Notes under the pieces: model-generated
Databases searched by the model: none
What the model was told of the DNA's origin: nothing
What the model saw: only the letters and a program-made list of their open reading frames with translations
Source of the DNA: Ostreococcus lucimarinus
Lineage: Eukaryota
DNA length: 64,000 nucleotides
Reading direction: 5' to 3' (one strand)
Assembly: GCA_000092065.1 (NCBI GenBank)
Contig: CP000592.1
Position numbers and translations under genes: made by a program
Shown: piece after piece, positions 30,591 through 40,290 of the stretch
Layout of the letters: each line of letters opens with the position of its first letter
Numbering within the stretch: the stretch's first letter is position 1

Positions 30591-31277
30591 ATGAGCGACG
30601 CGCCACCGACGAGCGACGCCGGTGCGGGACGCGCGCGACGCGTCGGCCTCCTCGAGGCGCTCGCGGGGACGCTCGCGCGATGCGAGGAGCGATTGAACGA
30701 GGTGAACGATAAGTACACGTTCGAGCTGTGCCCGGAGTACAGGCTGAAGATGGGAAAGACGATCGGACGAGCGACGAGGGTGGGGATGACGTACGACGCC
30801 CACGCGCGAAGGTACAGGGTGGCGGTGAAACACGCGGTGAGGGGAGGTAAAGACGAAGACGAAGACGAAGACGAGGACGAGGACGAGGCGACGGCGCGAG
30901 CGAGGCCGATGTTTTGGAAGGCGATGAAGAAGATCGTGTTCGATCCGGAGGAGAAAAGAGTGGAAGTGTTCACGCAGCGATTGTCGTGCGGGCCGCTGTC
31001 GCTTCGAGGGGTCGGAGAGTACGACGTCGAACGAAGCGAGTGGGGACTGCGGTGGCAGCTGCAGACGTTTCACAAGGAAAAGAAACGATTGCGTTCGGCG
31101 GAAGTGAAGCTCACGGAGCGCGTGCGAGGGTGCATGCGTTGGGATGTGTCGAGCGCGGCGCCGGAAGTTGAGGGAAAGGTTGGATCGGGGGAGAAGTTCA
31201 CGTTTGACGTCGACGTGGGATCGTACCACGTCAGCGTTCCGCGTTTAGAGTTGAAGATTGATCTCGACCATATGTGA
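30591..31277 (+). CDS. Hypothetical protein (228 aa)
   Basis: Real ATG at 30591, a clean ORF, and an internal poly-(ED) tract (KDEDEDEDEDEDEA). No family recognised. Confidence 0.45.
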   Translation: MSDAPPTSDAGAGRARRVGLLEALAGTLARCEERLNEVNDKYTFELCPEYRLKMGKTIGRATRVGMTYDAHARRYRVAVKHAVRGGKDEDEDEDEDEDEATARARPMFWKAMKKIVFDPEEKRVEVFTQRLSCGPLSLRGVGEYDVERSEWGLRWQLQTFHKEKKRLRSAEVKLTERVRGCMRWDVSSAAPEVEGKVGSGEKFTFDVDVGSYHVSVPRLELKIDLDHM

Positions 31278-31345
31278 TGCGTAAGCATAGGTTACAATTT
31301 TTCGCGGTTCGCGTGCGCGACTAAGGCTACGAGTTGCTTCAGAAC

Positions 31346-33103
31346 TCACCCGAAGAGAGTTTTGAAGGCGATGTTCGAACTCATGTCGTCGTACTTGTAC
31401 CCGCAGCCGTCTAAGCACTCCTCAAACACCTCGCGTTCTTCTTCAGCGACTTGCACGCCGAAAAGAACCTGACCGACGCGACCACCGTCGTTGCGGTAAT
31501 GCGTCATTGAGATCGACCACTTAGGACTGATGAACTCGAGGAAGTTTCCGAGCGCGCCCGCGCGTTCGGGAATTTCAACCTTGTACAACCTTTCGTTTTC
31601 AACTCTGCCTTGCCCACCAGTCATGTGGCGAAGGTGAAATTGCGTCGTCGCATCGTTAGACAAGTCGACCGTCTTGAAACCTAACGCTTCCATCCGCTGC
31701 ATCGTGTTCTGAACGTCCTTTAAATCGGAAACCTCGATCGAGTACAGCACGCGCGCGTCCGCCCCTTGCACGCGATATTTAAATTCTGAAATATTGATAT
31801 CCCCGACGGTCTCCACAAATCGCTTGAATTCGCCATTCTTCTCGGGAATGATACTCAAAAGTGTGGCTTCTTCCTTACCCCCTTGATCTGCGATCTCAGA
31901 AATCACGCGAAGACGATCAAAGTTCATGTTCGCCCCCGATGTCACGGCGATGACTTTACCGGTGACGCCGTGCGCTTGGCAATACGCCTTGGCGCCAGCC
32001 ACTGCGACTGCACCCGCTGGTTCGAGGATCGAACGAGTGTCACCGAATACGTCTTTGATCGCGGAAGCGATTTGATCCGTTTTCACGGTGATGATACCGT
32101 CAATCATGGTTTGAATAATCTCAAAGCAATCGCGCCCTGGCTCACGAACTGCGACGCCGTCGGCAAAGCCGTCCACTTTCGACAACTTCACAATCTCACC
32201 GCGAGCCAAAGATAAAGTCATCGCGTTTGCGCCCGCTGGTTCAACACCAATCACGCGAATTTCGGGTCGAATAGCCTTGATGTACGCCACCATGCCCGCC
32301 GCGAGCCCGCCGCCGCCGATGGGCACAAAGATGATTTCCGCCGAGGGCAACTGACGCATAACCTCTACGCCCACGGTGCCCTGACCCGCTATGACGTAAG
32401 GATCATCAAACGGGGGAATATATGTCAGGCCTTCCGCCGCGGCGCGCTCTTTCGCGTACGCCTGGGTGGCGTCGTAGTTTTCCCCGACCAATTCCACCGT
32501 CCCACCGAGTCGACGAACCGCCTCCACTTTGATGGCGGGCGTCGTCACCGGCATGGCGATGATCGCCTTACAGTTCAGCTTTTGCCCTGAAAGCGCCACC
32601 CCCTGCGCGTGGTTCCCCGCACTGGACGTAATGACCCCTCTCGCTCGCTCTTCTTCCGTCAATTGCTTCATCTTATTGTACGCCCCTCGAATCTTAAACG
32701 AAAACACCGGCTGCAAGTCTTCTCGTTTGAGATAAATTTGCGCCCCGACCCGATCGCTCAATCGCGGGGCGAGCTCAAGCGGGGACTCGATCGCGACATC
32801 GTACACATCAGCGGTCAAAATCGCTCGCACGTACCACGCCTCTCGCGCCACGTCCGAATCTTTTGCCTCTGGCCGCATCACCGGCCCGATTTCCCCGTCG
32901 AGCAAAATCAAATCCTCTGGATCGACGAGCGGTAACTCCCCCACGAACGGGGCGGGGCGCACCAGCGGCGCGAACACATTCGTGCGCGTGCGTCTGGCGC
33001 GTTCATTTGTCGTCGTTCGACTCGACGTCGACGGGCGACGCGAACATCTTCGAGCCGTGAGCCCTGGCGCTGGGACGGCGGCGGCGAAGCCTCGCGCGAG
33101 CAT
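31346..33103 (-). CDS. ilvA: Threonine dehydratase (threonine ammonia-lyase, biosynthetic, PLP-dependent) with a C-terminal tandem regulatory ACT-like domain and a plastid transit peptide
   Basis: PLP-lysine motif FSFKIRGAYNKM. GVITSSAGNHAQGVALSGQKL. Glycine-rich PLP phosphate loop PIGGGGLAAGM. C-terminal regulatory repeats (...ISEFKYRV..., ...FISPKWSISMTHYRNDGG...). 585 aa from ATG 33101-33103. Confidence 0.85.
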   Translation of the reverse strand: MLARGFAAAVPAPGLTARRCSRRPSTSSRTTTNERARRTRTNVFAPLVRPAPFVGELPLVDPEDLILLDGEIGPVMRPEAKDSDVAREAWYVRAILTADVYDVAIESPLELAPRLSDRVGAQIYLKREDLQPVFSFKIRGAYNKMKQLTEEERARGVITSSAGNHAQGVALSGQKLNCKAIIAMPVTTPAIKVEAVRRLGGTVELVGENYDATQAYAKERAAAEGLTYIPPFDDPYVIAGQGTVGVEVMRQLPSAEIIFVPIGGGGLAAGMVAYIKAIRPEIRVIGVEPAGANAMTLSLARGEIVKLSKVDGFADGVAVREPGRDCFEIIQTMIDGIITVKTDQIASAIKDVFGDTRSILEPAGAVAVAGAKAYCQAHGVTGKVIAVTSGANMNFDRLRVISEIADQGGKEEATLLSIIPEKNGEFKRFVETVGDINISEFKYRVQGADARVLYSIEVSDLKDVQNTMQRMEALGFKTVDLSNDATTQFHLRHMTGGQGRVENERLYKVEIPERAGALGNFLEFISPKWSISMTHYRNDGGRVGQVLFGVQVAEEEREVFEECLDGCGYKYDDMSSNIAFKTLFG

Positions 33104-33394
33104 CGTCGTGCGCGAAGCGACGCGTGCGGTGGAACGAGATCGTTCGCGTTAGATGCGTGCGACCTCGTCGAGCGGTCACGCGCGGTTTGACGCGCGCGCG
33201 TATGTGACGAAAGACTGATTTTCCACGAGGAGGATTCGAGGAGGATTCGTCGTTTGGAGCGCGTCGGCGCGAACGCGTTTGAGGTTCTAATTTCGACTAA
33301 CATCGCTCTATCGTTTTCATCGTTCGCGTGCGCTAATTCTATTTTTACGTTTTTGACGTTTCGTTCGTCGGTGGGCGTTGGTCGCGCGTCGGAA

Positions 33395-34414
33395 TCACTG
33401 CGTCGGGGCGCCGTGGATGTTGTTTGATCCTATGCGATATTTGACGGGCTTGGCGGAGACGCCGTACACGATGGAGGCGCTGTGCCAACCAGTGCCTGGA
33501 ATCTTGGATAACCGTATCCGACGGTGCGGCACGGCCGTCCAACGCGTCCCGAGAGCGGGCTTCAAGTTACTCCCGTGATCGTCCGCGAGTGAATCTTGAC
33601 CGGCGCTCACCGTGTGGTTGGTGTAGAGCGCCGCCGTCTTTCGCGTCGTCGCCAGGCCGCGAAGCATGGCGGCCACCGTGGCCATGATGGTGTACCCTTG
33701 ATGATGCGCCTTCGTCAGCAAGGGTGACAGCAACGCGGAAAGCGAATCTATCACGAGTAATCCCATGGTGGCGCGCTCCGGATTGTTATCGTCCTCGCTC
33801 GCCTCTTCGCCGAGTTGCGACAGTAAAGTTAACAACGAAAACACGTCGTGACACTTGTGAACGGCGATCAAATTCAGCGTCTTGTCCAAGTGCTCCTCCA
33901 CCACCGCCTTTTCCGCGTCCTCGGCGAAGAACCCACGATGTAACTGCTTGATTCGGGTCGCCGAAAACCCGCCGGTGGTGTCCACGTACACGACTCGATT
34001 ATCGAGCGCCGCGAAACTCGCCGCCGCGCTCAGACACAACTGCGTCTTCCCGCTCGCGCTCGGCCCCGTGATCTCGATCAACTGCCCTTGTCGTAATCCC
34101 CCCCCCAACAGCTCATCGATCGCGTCGCATCCCGTGGGTAAGATCTCCAACAAGCTCAACTGTCGCTCGACGTCCGAGCCGTTCACCGCGTTCGCGCACG
34201 TCTCGTTATAAATCTCCTCCACGATCGCCCGTCGTCGCGCCTCCGCCCCGCCGCGCCCCATCGACCGTCGTCGCGCTCCCCCACCGCCCGTCCCGTCCCC
34301 GTCGCGCCCGTTTCCGTCGTCGTCGCCGCACAGCGCGTCCGCGAGCGCGCGATTTTTCGCCAGCGCCCGTCGCGCGCGCGCCGTCTCGCGCGCCCTCGCG
34401 TCGTCCGCCTCCAT
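33395..34414 (-). CDS. RAD51 paralog (RAD51D-like) recombination/repair ATPase
   Basis: Walker A GPSASGKTQLCLSAAAS. VVYVDTTGGFSATRIKQL (human RAD51D VLYVDSNGGLTASRLLQL). LVIDSLSALLSPLL (VVVDSVTAVVSPLL). TNHTVS...LKPALGTRWTAVPHRRIRL (TNHITRD...[20 protein letters not shown]). Confidence 0.7.
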   Translation of the reverse strand: MEADDARARETARARRALAKNRALADALCGDDDGNGRDGDGTGGGGARRRSMGRGGAEARRRAIVEEIYNETCANAVNGSDVERQLSLLEILPTGCDAIDELLGGGLRQGQLIEITGPSASGKTQLCLSAAASFAALDNRVVYVDTTGGFSATRIKQLHRGFFAEDAEKAVVEEHLDKTLNLIAVHKCHDVFSLLTLLSQLGEEASEDDNNPERATMGLLVIDSLSALLSPLLTKAHHQGYTIMATVAAMLRGLATTRKTAALYTNHTVSAGQDSLADDHGSNLKPALGTRWTAVPHRRIRLSKIPGTGWHSASIVYGVSAKPVKYRIGSNNIHGAPTQ

Positions 34415-34727
34415 CCGTCGAGGCGCGCGCGCGCGTCACCGATCGTCGCCGATCGCGCGACCGCCGGCGCGGCGCGCGCGCGTCGCGCGGTGCCGCGGTC
34501 GCGCGGTCGACGCGACGTCGCGTCGACGCGCCTCGGACGTTCGCACTGTTTACCCATACACAAACCAGTACTCTTGAGTCATGAACCGTCAATAAAAGGG
34601 ACTCCCGGCGGCGCCGATCGATCGACCGCCGACGACGACGCGACGCGACCGACGGCGACACATCGCGACGCGCGCTCGAACGCGCGAACCGCTCGAACGC
34701 CGCGACCGACGGCCCGCGAACGCGCCG

Positions 34728-35948
34728 ATGCCGCTCGTCGAGCGCGCGAGCGACGGCGGCGCGTCGCCGGCGCTCGTCGCGGCGTGCGAGACGCTCGGGG
34801 TTTTGATCCACGGCGAGACGGAGCGACGCGCGACGGAGCGCGCGGACGAGGACGACGCGAGCGAGGCGCGGGAGACGGCGAAGGAGGGCGCGAGCGACGT
34901 CGAGGATGGAGAGGCGGAGAAGTTCGCGAGGGCGCTGAGCGCGAAACCGCGAGGGGAGGTTTTGGAGGCGCTGACGGGACACGCGGAGACGCTGTTCGGC
35001 GACGGGGGGGATAAGGAGGTGAGCGGCGTCGTGGCGGTGATGGCGAATCTGGCGGGAGACGATGGGGGGGCGATGAAACGCGTGATGGAGTGCGTGACGG
35101 CGAGCGTGAGCGAACGAGTGAGTCTGCGGGTGCGGTGCGCGATTGCGTTGTACAACGACGCCGACGCGAAGGATGGGGAGACAAAGCTTGAATTGTTTGA
35201 AAAGATTGCGGCGTATTGCGTCGCGGCGAAACAAAAGCAAGTGTTACCCATGCTCGTCGCGCACGCGAGCGAGGCCAAGGCGTGGGGCGGCGAGGTCAAG
35301 ACGCAGCGCAGAGTGTTGAAGTTGTGCGTCGATTTGCTCCGAGAGTTGGAGGGTCGCGAGGAGGAGTTGTTCTCGTGCATGATCAAGTATTTAGCGACGT
35401 TTGAAAACGACAGTGGAGCCGTCGCGGAGGCGGCGGATATCGCCAAGGAAACCGCGCGCATATTCATCAGCTCGCCGACGATGTTCCACGGGGATTTCTT
35501 AGCGCTCAAGGGGATGCAACATTTGCAATCCGCCGACGCCAACGCGCTCAAGCTCTTGTCCACCATGCTCACGGGCTCCGTGGCCGACTACAACGCCTTG
35601 GTCAAGGCGAACGGGTCGATCGTCTCCGGTCTCGGCTTAGACGCCGATGACTGCGTGGCAAAGATGCGCATGATGGCGCTGGCGGCGCTCGGTAAGAAGG
35701 GCGACGCGTCGTACTCTGAAATCAAGGAGGCGATGCAGTGCGACGACGGTGAGGTTGAGGAATGGGTCGTGCGCGCAGTTGGCGCGGGTGTGGTCGACGC
35801 GAAGATGGATCAAATGAAGCAACGCGTTGTTTTCACTAGATGCACCGACCGCGTATTCACTGGTGCCGAGTGGCAAGAGTTGAGCTCGCGCATAACGCAG
35901 TGGCGAGGCAAGATCGCCGCGCTTCAAAAGACGTTGTCGGCAAACTAA
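34728..35948 (+). CDS. EIF3M: Eukaryotic translation initiation factor 3 subunit M (PCI domain)
   Basis: C-terminus AKMRMMALAALGKKGDASYSEIKEAMQCDDGEVEEWVVRAVGAGVVDAKMDQMKQRVVFTRCTDRVFTGAEWQELSSRITQWRGKI aligns with human eIF3m AKMRLLTFMGMAVENKEISFDTMQQELQIGADDVEAFVIDAVRTKMVYCKIDQTQRKVVVSHSTHRTFGKQQWQQLYDTLNAWKQNL. ATG at 34728. Confidence 0.75.
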   Translation: MPLVERASDGGASPALVAACETLGVLIHGETERRATERADEDDASEARETAKEGASDVEDGEAEKFARALSAKPRGEVLEALTGHAETLFGDGGDKEVSGVVAVMANLAGDDGGAMKRVMECVTASVSERVSLRVRCAIALYNDADAKDGETKLELFEKIAAYCVAAKQKQVLPMLVAHASEAKAWGGEVKTQRRVLKLCVDLLRELEGREEELFSCMIKYLATFENDSGAVAEAADIAKETARIFISSPTMFHGDFLALKGMQHLQSADANALKLLSTMLTGSVADYNALVKANGSIVSGLGLDADDCVAKMRMMALAALGKKGDASYSEIKEAMQCDDGEVEEWVVRAVGAGVVDAKMDQMKQRVVFTRCTDRVFTGAEWQELSSRITQWRGKIAALQKTLSAN

Positions 35949-36013
35949 CTCTCTAGTCGATTGAATGTTCATCAATACAACGAACCTATCTATAAACTAC
36001 AACTTTGAATGCA

Positions 36014-37696
36014 CTATTCCCACAGCAGACACACGCCATTTTTGCACGCCGACGCGAGCACGCCCGCCGCGTTCCACGCGCACGTCGCGACGACGGCGTC
36101 GTGACCGTGCAACGTCGTCATCAAGCGTCCGCCCTGTACACGCCAGATGAATAACGCCCCGTCTGCCCCGCCAGATGCGATATGTTGTCCATCCGGTGAC
36201 ACGCAAGGATTACTCCAATCAGTGCCGACGCGATATTTTGGCGCGGAGAACGTTTGCACGACGTCCATTGTTCGAATATCGACGAGTTTCAACGTGTTGT
36301 CGCGACTGTTTGTCAGAATTTCGTTTTGATTTGGCGTATCGAAGACGGCGGTGATTAAACCATTATGCACCTTCGTTTCGCGCGCTACGTTCCCCGCGCG
36401 AAGATCCCACGCGCGAATCGCGCCATCAAAGTGACCGGAATACGCTTGCTGTTCGTTTGCGTCGAAGACGACCGAGTACACGCCGCTTGAAGTCAACATG
36501 GATGACGTTACGTGTCCACGATTGAGATCCCAAAGCTTCACGTTCCGGTCCTGAGAGCACGAAATCGCGCGCTTAGCATCAATCTGGCTGATTCGCGCCG
36601 ACGTCACCTTTTGCGCGTGCCCAGTGAGTCGGTGCCGTACGCGACCGGTGAGCGCGTCCCAAAGCTGGAGCGAGCAATCGGTCGAGGTCCCGAGGACGAG
36701 CGAGTCGTCGGCGCTAAATGTAACATCTAATGCTGCACCGAGCAAACCAGTCAATTCGCTGGTTCGTGCGCCCGTATTCGTGTCGAACATAGCGATTACC
36801 TTGTCCTCTCCGGCGCTTGCTACGGTGAAACCATCGTGCGAGAGGGCGACACGGTGCGTCCCACCCTTGTTACTTTGTAAAATATGTCTCTTCTTCGAAG
36901 GCACGACGTTGCTCATGACGGTAGACATCGAAAGCGCCTTCATACTCGCCGCCGAGGCCTCAGCGAGACTCTCCGCCCTCGCATTCAATTCTACGCTCTT
37001 CTTTTGTCGCAACAAATCAGCGTACAAATCGTTAATTTCATTCATCTTCTCCGCCTCCTTCGTCTTCATCTCCATCAGTCGCTCCACAAGCTCTGCATTC
37101 TCCTTTTCTAACTTTTCTACCTTCCCCAACACCGCGTTCTTCATCGCCGATTGGGATTCTGCCTCGTCCAACGCCTGCGATTCTGCCCGCCGCGCCGCGC
37201 TCGAAGCCTCCTCCGCGTCCCTCACTCGTCGTTCCAATCGCTCTTTATCCGCCGTCAACGTCTCCACGACGCGTTCAGAGTCTAAACGCGCCATTTCCTC
37301 GCGAACCAGCGCCTCTTTCGCCTGAATCGCTTCTCGACTCGCTTCGTCGCGTCTTCCGTACGCCTCCGTCAGCTCGACGCGCGCCCGCGTCGCCGCATCG
37401 TCGCTGTCGTCGCCCTCTTCCCCCCCCCGCGCGCGCGCGAGCGCCAACTCGCGCTCGGCACGCATTGTTCGCGTCTCCGCCACCTCAAGCGCGCGCATCG
37501 CTTTACACAGCGCGTCGTCGCGGTCCATCACCGCGCTGCGCCAACGCTCCAGCTCGGCAAACAATTCATCAAACGTCGCCTCTGTCGGCGCTCTCGCGCG
37601 TCGATCGCGCTCGACGACCGCGTGACGAATGATCGTCGTCGCGTCCGCCGCCCCGCTGACGTCGAGCGCGCCGTCGGCGTCGGCGTCGTCCGCCAT
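36014..37696 (-). CDS. ATG16: Autophagy-related protein 16 (ATG16/ATG16L): N-terminal coiled coil + C-terminal 7-bladed WD40
   Basis: The WD40 half is nearly colinear with human ATG16L1 (HFDGAIRAWDLRAGNVARETKVHNGLITAVFDTPNQNEILTNSRDNTLKLVDIRTMDVVQTFSAPKYRVGTDWSNPCVSPDGQHIASGGADGALFIWRV vs [98 protein letters not shown]). Coiled coil upstream. Start is ATG 37694-37696 (MADDADADG). The track's longer N-terminus is Arg-rich low complexity. Confidence 0.8.
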   Translation of the reverse strand: MADDADADGALDVSGAADATTIIRHAVVERDRRARAPTEATFDELFAELERWRSAVMDRDDALCKAMRALEVAETRTMRAERELALARARGGEEGDDSDDAATRARVELTEAYGRRDEASREAIQAKEALVREEMARLDSERVVETLTADKERLERRVRDAEEASSAARRAESQALDEAESQSAMKNAVLGKVEKLEKENAELVERLMEMKTKEAEKMNEINDLYADLLRQKKSVELNARAESLAEASAASMKALSMSTVMSNVVPSKKRHILQSNKGGTHRVALSHDGFTVASAGEDKVIAMFDTNTGARTSELTGLLGAALDVTFSADDSLVLGTSTDCSLQLWDALTGRVRHRLTGHAQKVTSARISQIDAKRAISCSQDRNVKLWDLNRGHVTSSMLTSSGVYSVVFDANEQQAYSGHFDGAIRAWDLRAGNVARETKVHNGLITAVFDTPNQNEILTNSRDNTLKLVDIRTMDVVQTFSAPKYRVGTDWSNPCVSPDGQHIASGGADGALFIWRVQGGRLMTTLHGHDAVVATCAWNAAGVLASACKNGVCLLWE

Positions 37697-37836
37697 GACG
37701 CGTCGCGCACTGATGCCACCGGTCGCGTCACTCGTCGCCGCGTCGACTCGGACGACCTCCGACGCGCGCGCGTCGAGCGACGGGCGCGCGCGAGGCGCTC
37801 TCGGCGACGCTCGGGGCGCGCGCGCGCGTCGAGTCG

Positions 37837-38985
37837 ATGCGCGTCGTCGGCGCCGTTTCGTGTGCCCCAACGACCTCGAATCAGGACGACGACGACGACG
37901 ACGCACGCGCGGTGGCGTCGCTGCGCGCGCGCTTGCACGCCCCGCGACACGGCGAGACGTTGCGCGCGAAGTGTGTGCGTCTGCGCGACGCGGTTCGATC
38001 GCGGACGTGCTCGAGCTCGGAGATAAAGGGGAGACTCGCTCGCCGCGCCGAGACGAGCGCGCTGGCGGCGCTCGAGCGATGGGCGACGACGGCGCGAGCG
38101 ATCGAGGTTGATCTCGAACGAATCGTGCGAGGTGATGTCGATAAAAAATCGTTGAGCGCGATGGGAGAGGAAGTGACGCGAGCGTTACGAGATTTTGAGT
38201 GGTATTTGCGAGAACATGACGTGATGGAAGATTTGCCATTCGTCGTCGACGACGACTGCGAGACGCGCTCGAGCGATGAAACGACGATCGATTTGATGCG
38301 TAAGGTGCTCGAAAAAGACGTTAAAGACGATGATGCATCGATACTGGACACGATGTGCGATGAATTACGCGCGCGCGAGAGTGATTACGCGTGGCGAGGG
38401 GCGTTGTTAGGGGAGGTGGAAAACCAAGCTCGCGCGCGCGGATGGAGTTCGGAGAATTTCTCTTACGGATCGACGCCGTTCGCGTCGTGGGTCGCGGTAT
38501 TCGTGCAATGCGATGAATTGCGCGAACGCGCGAAAACGCTAGAGGAAGATGACTTAAAGTACGTCGTTTTCGGAAGCTCTGCTGGGTGGTTGGTGTTCTA
38601 TGCCGCGACGACGTTTCGCGGCGCGCGATGCGAAGGATTTGAAATTCTCGAGACTCTCCACGCAACTGCTTCGCACGTGTTGGAGGGCGCCGAAAAAAAA
38701 GCATGCAAAAAGTTCAATGTGAATTTTTGCAACGCTGACATGCTTTCGTCATCGCTGTGCGACGTCGGTATCATCGTTCTCACCTCCATGTGTTGGGACG
38801 ACGCCGTGTACGACGCCGTGCTCGAAAAACTCGCCGAAGAGCTCCGAGCGGGTGCGTTTGTGATCGATTACCGGGGAAATCTCGCGCAAAAAGACAAGTT
38901 TGCGCTCGTCTCAAAAGATTCCTTGCGCGCGCCGGTGAGTTGGAATCCAGGTCAGCGATTTTATGTCTTCAAAAAGGTGGCGTAA
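37837..38985 (+). CDS. Hypothetical protein, possibly a Rossmann-fold (class I SAM-methyltransferase-like) enzyme
   Basis: ATG 37837. C-terminal half reads YVVFGSSAGWLVFYAATTFRGARCEGFEIL...FCNADMLSSSLCDVGIIVLTSMCWDD...AGAFVIDYRG, laid out like methyltransferase motifs I, post-I and II. Assignment is weak. Confidence 0.4.
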   Translation: MRVVGAVSCAPTTSNQDDDDDDARAVASLRARLHAPRHGETLRAKCVRLRDAVRSRTCSSSEIKGRLARRAETSALAALERWATTARAIEVDLERIVRGDVDKKSLSAMGEEVTRALRDFEWYLREHDVMEDLPFVVDDDCETRSSDETTIDLMRKVLEKDVKDDDASILDTMCDELRARESDYAWRGALLGEVENQARARGWSSENFSYGSTPFASWVAVFVQCDELRERAKTLEEDDLKYVVFGSSAGWLVFYAATTFRGARCEGFEILETLHATASHVLEGAEKKACKKFNVNFCNADMLSSSLCDVGIIVLTSMCWDDAVYDAVLEKLAEELRAGAFVIDYRGNLAQKDKFALVSKDSLRAPVSWNPGQRFYVFKKVA

Positions 38986-39077
38986 ACGCCGCCTTTCGAG
39001 GCGCGCGGACAAGCGTTAACAAACAAGCGCCATCAACCCTGGCGCGCGCGCGCGCGTAGGGTTTGAGCTTTGGGTCC

Positions 39078-40151
39078 ATGCGGCCGCAGACCGCGGCGTC
39101 CATGCGCGATGGCGACGGTGTGGTGAGCGTGCGCGATGCGAAAGAACGCGTCACGATCATCATCACCACCTCTCCGTGTCGCGCGCATCCGAGCACGTGG
39201 CTGATCGAAGAAGTCGCCGCGAGCATCGCCGGGCGAAGCGGCCTCGCGACGGCGACGGGGACGCGACTGTTGGTCGTGTGCGATGGGTACAAAGTGCGAG
39301 AATCGAATAAATTCCGCGCCGGCGCCGTCAACGAGGAAGGGTTGAAGAATTATGAGACGTATCTGTCCAGATTAGTGTGGTTGAGCGAACAGAGCGACGG
39401 CGCGCTGCGCGGCGCGGAGTTGATTCGGTTAAAACAGCGCCACGGGTTCGGTCACGCTTTGAAGCGAGCGATGATGCGCGTGACGACGGAGTACGTGCTC
39501 GTGGCCCAGCACGACCGCTTATTTACACGCGTCGTTCCCATGAGTGCGGTCCTCGACGCAATGGACGCGGACCCACAGATCAACTACGTCGGCTTCCCTA
39601 CGAAGACGACTCAAAACTACGACGTCAAGTGCGTAGGGCGAGTATTCACGAGCGAATATGGACAGCTGCGAATGTCACGAAAGCAGTTTCGCGACGTCGA
39701 ACTCGTACCTTTGGTTCAACACTACGATTCCATGCACGTCGCGCGCACATCCTTCTACCTCGGTCGCGTGTTTGGACAGCGCCGTTGGACAAATTTGCCC
39801 GTCGGGGGCTTCATCGAGGACACCGTCGGCCAACACATGCTCGCCGAGTTTCGCAAAATAGGCGCCGACGCGCACTCCATCTTCAACATGTACATCGTCG
39901 AAGACGCCATCGACGACGAACCCATGGCTGGTCACCTCGACGGCCACGATCCCGCCCACGCCCACGAAGACGCCGGCGCCGAGTTTTCCTTTGCCCGCGC
40001 GCGCTCCGCCGAGCGCGACTGGTTCGAGCGCGCGCTCCGGCCTTCCTCGACCATCGAAACCCTCCTCGGCACCGGGCATTTCAGCGAGCGTAAAGCCTAC
40101 CTCACCGCCATCGGTCGCGCGGATTTACTCCCGATCCCACCCACCGCCTAG
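39078..40151 (+). CDS. Hypothetical protein, possibly a GT-A-type glycosyltransferase-like enzyme
   Basis: ATG 39078; the track start at 39063 is TTG. RVTIIITTSPCRAHPS...LLVVCDGYKV...YVLVAQHDRLF has the look of a nucleotide-sugar transferase, but this is unverified. Confidence 0.4.
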   Translation: MRPQTAASMRDGDGVVSVRDAKERVTIIITTSPCRAHPSTWLIEEVAASIAGRSGLATATGTRLLVVCDGYKVRESNKFRAGAVNEEGLKNYETYLSRLVWLSEQSDGALRGAELIRLKQRHGFGHALKRAMMRVTTEYVLVAQHDRLFTRVVPMSAVLDAMDADPQINYVGFPTKTTQNYDVKCVGRVFTSEYGQLRMSRKQFRDVELVPLVQHYDSMHVARTSFYLGRVFGQRRWTNLPVGGFIEDTVGQHMLAEFRKIGADAHSIFNMYIVEDAIDDEPMAGHLDGHDPAHAHEDAGAEFSFARARSAERDWFERALRPSSTIETLLGTGHFSERKAYLTAIGRADLLPIPPTA

Positions 40152-40290
40152 CTTCTAGCCATAGACTTCTACTTCTAGCCTCGCGAAGACGCGCGCAACA
40201 AAAAAACTTTGAACTTCGTTCGAGCTGTCTTCGCGTCGCGAGATCGCGTCGCGCGCGGCGCCGAACCGCGCCCGCGCGGCGTCCGACGCG

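Noticed and set aside
34206-35572. Minus-strand ORFs (34206..35240, 34579..35184, 34589..35572) antisense to eIF3m
   Set aside because: Low-complexity, mutually overlapping, no start-codon support. The plus-strand eIF3m assignment is strong.
37697-38239. N-terminal 180 aa of the track's ATG16 ORF
   Set aside because: Runs through Arg-rich low complexity into the divergent neighbouring gene. ATG16 homology begins after the ATG at 37696.
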